From the NCBI GenBank assembly GCA_951813565.1, contig OX638351.1:800001-864000 (forward strand): 64,000 bases of DNA, read 5' to 3'. The position numbers and the translations under genes were made by a program. Every line of letters starts with the position of its first letter. The first letter of the stretch is position 1. Under the pieces are notes generated by a model that worked only from the letters and a program-made list of their open reading frames with translations, ran no database searches and was not told the origin of the DNA. This stretch comes from an uncultured Poribacteria bacterium (GTDB lineage: Bacteria > Poribacteria > WGA-4E > WGA-3G). This document shows, piece after piece, positions 58,073 to 64,000 of this stretch.

Positions 58073-61000
58073 ATGACCTTACAAGAAATAATATTAGCAT
58101 TAGAAAAATTTTGGGCAGATCACGGATGTATCATTCAACAACCATGCGATATAGAAGTCGGTGCAGGCACATTTAACTCCGCCACATTTTTACGATGCCT
58201 CGGTCCCGAACCGTGGCAGGTTGCTTATGTAGAACCTGTCCGGCGACCCACCGACGGCAGATACGCAGAAAACCCTTTCCGTCTTGGTGCATACTACCAA
58301 TATCAAGTAATACTGAAACCAGCACCTGAGAATGTGCTGCCACTCTATCTTGAAAGCCTCTACCATCTCAGCATCTCTCCCCGTAAAAACGATATACGCT
58401 TTGTAGAAGACGACTGGGAATCACCGACACTCGGTGCCTCAGGACTCGGTTGGGAAGTTTGGTGGAACGGCGCGGAAGTTACACAGTTCACCTACTTTCA
58501 ACAGATGGGAAGCATTGATCTCGATCCGATTTGCGCTGAAATTACCTACGGACTCGAACGGATTGCACTTTATTTGCAGGATGTTGACACCTTCTTTGAC
58601 ATCCGCTGGAACGAACACCTTAATTATGGGGATGTCCACCACCAAAGCGAGGTAGAATACTCAACCTACAACTTTGAACACGCAAACGTGGATATGCTTT
58701 TTGACCTGTTTAGCACCTACGAGAAGGAAACGCACGCGTGTTTAGATGCAGGGTTAGTTCTCCCCGCAACCGACCATGTTTTGAGATGCTCACATACCTT
58801 CAACATGCTGGATGCGCGCGGCGTTATTAGCGTAACGGAACGGGTGAGTTACATTGAACGTGTGCGGCGGCTTGCACAACGTATCGCACGCGCTTACGTC
58901 ACACAACGCGAAGAGATGGGACACCCACTACTTGGACGTTTCAGGACAGAATCAGCTTCCTCTACGGTAGATGCGGTTTCTAACCACATCGAAACTGCTG
59001 TAAGTGAGACTTCTAACCACACGGAAACCGCTGAACTTCTCTTTGAAATCGGGACGGAAGAGATACCCGCAAGCTATGTGCCGCCTGCCCTTGAACAACT
59101 CAGCAAAATCGCGACCGATTCCCTCACGGAACATAGAATTCCGTTTGGTGAAATTCAAACGTTTGGCACACCACGGCGTATCACGCTCGCTATCAAGGAT
59201 GTCCAAATGTTACAAGAAAGTCAAGAAACAGAAGTTGTAGGGCCTCCCAAAAGTATCGCTTACGATGAAAACGGCGAACCGACAAAGGCAGCTATCGGTT
59301 TCGCAAAATCACAGGGCGTTGAAATTTCTGATCTCCGCATCGTTGAAACAGAACGTGGAGAATATATCGCCGCATCCAAACTTGAAAAGGGAATATCAAC
59401 GCACGAACTGTTAGAAACGCTCCTACCCGAATGGATTGAAGCACTCCGCTTTCCTAAAACGATGCGTTGGGAAACAAACTCTGAAGAACCGCGCGCATTT
59501 GCCCGCTTTGCCCGTCCTATCCGATGGCTTGTCGCACTGCTTGGCGATGTAGTTGTCAACTGTGCTTACGGTGCAGCAGACGCAGCACGTATAACGTATG
59601 GACACCGTTCTTTACATCCCGACTCAATAACGTTGGCATCGGCGGACTTAGATACTTACATCCAGCAATTGCACAATGCTGGTGTCATTGTCTGCCCGAA
59701 GGAACGGCGGGATACCATAGAAAAACAGGTGCGAACCGTTTTTGAAACCGAAGCGTGTCTGCCTAAGTTAGATGAGGAATTGTTGGATACGGTCAACTAT
59801 CTCGTAGAAAATCCGCAACCGATTGTCGGTAATTTTAGCGAGTCGCATTTGGAAATACCCACTGAAGTACTGATTACTGCAATGAAAAAGCATCAACGTT
59901 ATTTTCCGATGTGGAAAAGCGAAACCGAACTTGCTGCAAAATTCATTACGATTTCTAATGGCACAGATGGCAATATTGATGGTGTTCGGCACGGAAATGA
60001 ACGTGTCCTGCACGCACGACTCAATGATGCAGAATTCTTCTACAGTGAGGATCAGAAGACCAATCTCGCCGATAAAGTTGAACGTTTAGGTGCAGTCGTC
60101 TTTCACGCCAAACTCGGTTCGCTCTTAGATAAGGCGGAACGGCTAAAGGTATTGGTTAAATTCATCAGCACAGAATTGAAGTTAGCAGAAACGATTTCCC
60201 ATCACGCTGAACGTGCAGCATGGCTCTGTAAGGCAGATTTAACCACACACATGGTCATTGAATTCCCATCACTGCAAGGGATTACGGGTAGGTATTACGC
60301 CAAAAACTCTGATGAACCTGAAGCCGTTGCTACTGCTGTTGCTGAGCATTATCAACCGCTTGGTGCAGATACACCATTGCCCGCAACCGAAGCCGGAGCA
60401 ATCCTTGCCATCGCTGACAAACTCGACACCATCGTTGGATACTTCGGTATAGAGGAACGTCCCACAGGTTCACAAGACCCATACTCTCTACGACGACATG
60501 CCCTCGGTATAATCCGCATTTTGCAAGATCGGCAATTACCACTCAATCTAAATCATGTTGTCCACAAAGCAATCCATGAATACGATGTGGAATTGGTTGA
60601 TGGGACAAGATTAAGCGTACTTGATTTCATAAGAGAACGTATGCGTGGTATCTTGCAAACAAAGGAATACACCCCCGACCTTGCTGATGCTGTCTTGGCA
60701 GTCGGTGATGTTGACATTGTGGATATTCTCAAACGCGCCAGCGCACTCGCCGAATTTCGCTTGACACCCAATTTTGAGACAGTATATAATGCACTCAATC
60801 GGGTACTTAGAATTTTACCCGATGATGAGTCAGTTGAAGAAACAGCCAATGTTTTTGATCGACTACAAAACATTCTATCCGGAAATGTCCCAGGTATTAT
60901 TGACCCATCACTACTTCAAGTTGATGCGGAAAAAGAATTATATACTTGTATCAACGATACGGCACCTGACATTGAGGAAAACATTCAGGAACGCGCGTAT

Positions 61001-61180
61001 TCAAAACTATTGCATCAGTTAGCAGAGTTACAACCTTATATAGATAAGTTTTTTGATGATGTACTTGTAATGGCAGAAGATACTGCCCTACGCAGAAATA
61101 GATTAGCACTATTAAGCCGTATAGCGAAACCTATCTATGCTGTAGCCGATCTCACGAAATTGGTAATTGCAGGAGAATAG
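58073..61180 (+). CDS. glyQS: Glycine--tRNA ligase, fused alpha and beta subunits
   Basis: Alpha 'EVGAGTF...[18 protein letters not shown]...EITYGLER', linker, beta '[11 protein letters not shown]...EFPSLQG...[11 protein letters not shown]'. Confidence 0.96.
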   Translation: MTLQEIILALEKFWADHGCIIQQPCDIEVGAGTFNSATFLRCLGPEPWQVAYVEPVRRPTDGRYAENPFRLGAYYQYQVILKPAPENVLPLYLESLYHLSISPRKNDIRFVEDDWESPTLGASGLGWEVWWNGAEVTQFTYFQQMGSIDLDPICAEITYGLERIALYLQDVDTFFDIRWNEHLNYGDVHHQSEVEYSTYNFEHANVDMLFDLFSTYEKETHACLDAGLVLPATDHVLRCSHTFNMLDARGVISVTERVSYIERVRRLAQRIARAYVTQREEMGHPLLGRFRTESASSTVDAVSNHIETAVSETSNHTETAELLFEIGTEEIPASYVPPALEQLSKIATDSLTEHRIPFGEIQTFGTPRRITLAIKDVQMLQESQETEVVGPPKSIAYDENGEPTKAAIGFAKSQGVEISDLRIVETERGEYIAASKLEKGISTHELLETLLPEWIEALRFPKTMRWETNSEEPRAFARFARPIRWLVALLGDVVVNCAYGAADAARITYGHRSLHPDSITLASADLDTYIQQLHNAGVIVCPKERRDTIEKQVRTVFETEACLPKLDEELLDTVNYLVENPQPIVGNFSESHLEIPTEVLITAMKKHQRYFPMWKSETELAAKFITISNGTDGNIDGVRHGNERVLHARLNDAEFFYSEDQKTNLADKVERLGAVVFHAKLGSLLDKAERLKVLVKFISTELKLAETISHHAERAAWLCKADLTTHMVIEFPSLQGITGRYYAKNSDEPEAVATAVAEHYQPLGADTPLPATEAGAILAIADKLDTIVGYFGIEERPTGSQDPYSLRRHALGIIRILQDRQLPLNLNHVVHKAIHEYDVELVDGTRLSVLDFIRERMRGILQTKEYTPDLADAVLAVGDVDIVDILKRASALAEFRLTPNFETVYNALNRVLRILPDDESVEETANVFDRLQNILSGNVPGIIDPSLLQVDAEKELYTCINDTAPDIEENIQERAYSKLLHQLAELQPYIDKFFDDVLVMAEDTALRRNRLALLSRIAKPIYAVADLTKLVIAGE

Positions 61181-61211
61181 ACACAATTTTATGTTAATAA
61201 GGCAATATTCT

Positions 61212-64000
61212 ATGAAACAATATTCTATTATCTGTATTCATCTCATTTTCAGCCTTGTGTTTTTCATCGGGTGTGGTGAAAAGGAAGACAAATCTATTCT
61301 CTCAGCACGGAAAGCAATCGTTCAAGGAGATTATGCAGGAGCAGAGGCTGCTGTTCAAAAATCGCGCGCCAACGATTCAGAGAACCAGGAAGCAGTCCAT
61401 CTTAGCCGTTTCCTGCAGTTGCGAAACAGCGCAGATACGAACAGTTGGGACCAAGGCATCTCACAAGCGTTGACACATCTTGAAACATTGAATGCCAGTA
61501 TTGATGCAATTTCAATACTTGAGGACCCGGATTCAGACGAACTTGACCAACAGGAACGTTTTATCCGGTCACGGAATTCTATTTCAGGATTGCTCGCCAC
61601 CGCACTCGCCACTGCAGTTGAAAAACAACCCGGTTTGCTATCGGACTTAGCAAAGAGGTCGGATGCCGTTGTTGTTACAGGGCTATTAGAGGCGAAGAAA
61701 TGTTATCAACCTGCTGTCATCCAATCGGTTGAACAACTTTTACAACAACTACGCAATCAAACAGAAGGTGTAAGTTCTGATTTCACTATCTTGCTAAAAA
61801 ACGCTACCCAACACCAAGACCCACAGATAAGGAAAGCAGCGCTCCGTGAATTAGGCACGCTACAAAGCAGTGAATTCATTCCAACATACAAATTAATTCT
61901 CACCAAAACGGACGAAGTGCCGGAAGTGGCTTATAGCGCTATTGTTGCTGTGGGTGCACTCTGCAAACCCGAATTTCAACCAAATTCCGAAATTGTCTCA
62001 ATTCTTCAACTTGCTACAAGAAACAACAGCGCGCAAGTCCGAATGCACGCAGCGAAACTTCTCGGTAAACTTCAAGCAGAAGCAGCTATTGACGACTTGG
62101 TCAAGTTATTAGCAGATTCCAACACTTATGTCAAAGACACGGCTATAGATGCGCTTAACAGGATTGGAATGTCAACAGTCGAAACGCTTTTGGCTGTTCT
62201 TGAAACGGGTGCAAGCAACATCATTCCGGACATAGATGACGGCTTTTCTGAGCAATATCAATATATTGCAAGCGCGTATATTGATGATTCTTGGATGAAA
62301 AAATATCGCTTGAGGGCACAATCTGCAGCAATTGATACTTTGGGAAGACTCAGGGCGGAAGCGGCAGTTGTGCCTCTAATTCAGCTTTTGGCGAATGAGG
62401 ATTTAAAGGGAGCAGCAAGCGCTGCCTTAATTTCAATGCGAGGCGTCGCGATACCGGCACTTATAGACGCACTCCAAACAGGTGGATACCATGTGCAGTT
62501 AGAATCTGCAAATGTACTGAGTAGCATAGGCGATCGGCGCGCTGTCCAACCGTTTATTGACGTCCTAACGGGGGATGTTAACAAAGAGGTGAAAGCTATC
62601 GCTGCAAAAGGACTTGGAAACATGCGAGCACGTGGTCCCAATAACGCAGCTGTTATCGCACTTACCACGGCACTTGAACTTGACGATACGACAGTTACAC
62701 AAGCAGCAGAAGCTCTTGGCAAAATTAATGTTTCCTCTGAAGAAGCAATACGGAAATTGATTGCGATTTCAATGGATAAACTACGTAGAGAGACGGTTCG
62801 GTCTGCTGCTATCAACGCGTTGTGGCAGTTGAAACCTAAAAATGCTACCCAACCGATGCTTTTACTCATGCTGAGTGATGAAACGAGTGCTGTTATACGC
62901 GCAAACGCTGTAAAGGTGCTTAGCCGCATTAAAGACACAGAAACGCTCCCCGCACTTTTTTGGGTTTTGTCAATGCAGTATGACGAAATATCCGATTTTC
63001 AGCGCCACATGAAACGGAAGTATAAAACACTTGACGCACTGAGAACCCATCTTGACACGCTGAATATCGAATGGACAGCAGATTATCCGCGTTCTAATTA
63101 TCGAATTTGGGGTGAACTTAAGCCTATTCCCAGCCTTGTCCGGAGTGAAGTCGCACGGGCACTCGGTATTTTCAAGGGCGACCCCGTCGTTGAACCACTT
63201 GTTAATGCCTTAGCAGACGATCAACGGGCAACGGTGCGGCGCAGTGCCGCATGGGCACTCGGCAGAGTCGGGGGTGACAACGCTATTGACACACTGATTA
63301 CCGCCCTAAAAAAGGATAAACAGGGGGTAGTGCGCCAAGAAGCTGCGATTGCTTTAGGCACAATTAAATCACAGAAAAGTGTTGAACCTTTGCTTGATAT
63401 AATCAAAACGGATAAGTATGAAACCGCACGTCTTGAGGCAACGAAAGCACTTAGGGAAATAAGTCCTGCTCTGGCTGATAAAGGTCTTGTAGATATTGTT
63501 AAAAAAGGACGCGGCAGTTTTGAGGACGGTCATGAAGTTCAATCCGTTCAAAATGAGGTTATCGGCGCACTTGTGAAAGATGGAAATGAAACCACAACCG
63601 ATTTGCTACTTGACGCGCTCAAGTCTGCTGATGATGAATGGACTCGCTGGGCAATCGTCTATATGCTTGGTGTCATTCATAAGGCTTCAGCGTTAGACAC
63701 GATGCTTGCCGAGTTGAAAAATCCGAGTTATGTTATTCGTAAAGAGGTTGTTACTCGACTCGGTGGTTTTAAAGACCGAAAGACAGTAGAACCCTTAATC
63801 GCAATCCTTGAAAACCGGGAAGAAGCAGTATCTATCCGTGCAGCAGTAGCTGCCTCGTTAAATGCGCTTCGCGACGAACGCGCAGCACCCGCACTCCGCG
63901 AAGCACTCAATGATGAAAACAGTGCTGTGCGGTTACAAGCAGTCGCTGCTTTAGGAAGTATAAAAGATGCAAAAGCTGTCTCTAAACTGAGCGAAATGGT
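61212..64000 (+). CDS. HEAT/PBS-lyase repeat lipoprotein, runs off the window end (absent from the ORF track)
   Basis: ATG at 61212 'MKQYSIICIHLIFSLVFFIGCGEK' (lipobox), then repeats such as 'VRMHAAKLLGKL', 'VRRSAAWALGRV', 'VRQEAAIALGTI'. Confidence 0.88.
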   Translation, partial: MKQYSIICIHLIFSLVFFIGCGEKEDKSILSARKAIVQGDYAGAEAAVQKSRANDSENQEAVHLSRFLQLRNSADTNSWDQGISQALTHLETLNASIDAISILEDPDSDELDQQERFIRSRNSISGLLATALATAVEKQPGLLSDLAKRSDAVVVTGLLEAKKCYQPAVIQSVEQLLQQLRNQTEGVSSDFTILLKNATQHQDPQIRKAALRELGTLQSSEFIPTYKLILTKTDEVPEVAYSAIVAVGALCKPEFQPNSEIVSILQLATRNNSAQVRMHAAKLLGKLQAEAAIDDLVKLLADSNTYVKDTAIDALNRIGMSTVETLLAVLETGASNIIPDIDDGFSEQYQYIASAYIDDSWMKKYRLRAQSAAIDTLGRLRAEAAVVPLIQLLANEDLKGAASAALISMRGVAIPALIDALQTGGYHVQLESANVLSSIGDRRAVQPFIDVLTGDVNKEVKAIAAKGLGNMRARGPNNAAVIALTTALELDDTTVTQAAEALGKINVSSEEAIRKLIAISMDKLRRETVRSAAINALWQLKPKNATQPMLLLMLSDETSAVIRANAVKVLSRIKDTETLPALFWVLSMQYDEISDFQRHMKRKYKTLDALRTHLDTLNIEWTADYPRSNYRIWGELKPIPSLVRSEVARALGIFKGDPVVEPLVNALADDQRATVRRSAAWALGRVGGDNAIDTLITALKKDKQGVVRQEAAIALGTIKSQKSVEPLLDIIKTDKYETARLEATKALREISPALADKGLVDIVKKGRGSFEDGHEVQSVQNEVIGALVKDGNETTTDLLLDALKSADDEWTRWAIVYMLGVIHKASALDTMLAELKNPSYVIRKEVVTRLGGFKDRKTVEPLIAILENREEAVSIRAAVAASLNALRDERAAPALREALNDENSAVRLQAVAALGSIKDAKAVSKLSEM

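Noticed and set aside
61255..63910. Short ORFs listed over the final 2.8 kb
   Set aside because: Shadows of the long plus-strand HEAT-repeat frame starting at 61212.

Overview
Bacterial chromosomal window, probably Candidatus Poribacteria or a relative. This is an inference from extended ECF sigma factors, 'AVEP..KL.T.WG.LK' C-termini, sulfatase, HEAT/FG-GAP proteins and dense REP-like repeats. The housekeeping backbone is ndk, acnA, dnaE, phoH-ybeY-CBS/CorC-tRNA-Pro(CGG)-recO and a fused glyQS. Accessory content includes a stand-alone defence-type reverse transcriptase (DRT4/Abi-like) downstream of a PIN-toxin pair, two ECF sigma factors with very long C-terminal extensions, a split TonB receptor/CTD protein/PorV-like cluster, and complete-looking IS630 and IS982 elements. 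There are also many eroded toxin-antitoxin genes and two copies of a small-protein/retropepsin module. The most unusual non-coding signal is three unrelated families of short inverted-repeat-bounded elements that each carry GTAG-type REP hairpins. One family forms a tandem, CRISPR-looking array (53-bp constant junctions, variable REP cargo) at 30826-31451. All calls are from reading the sequence; no searches were run.
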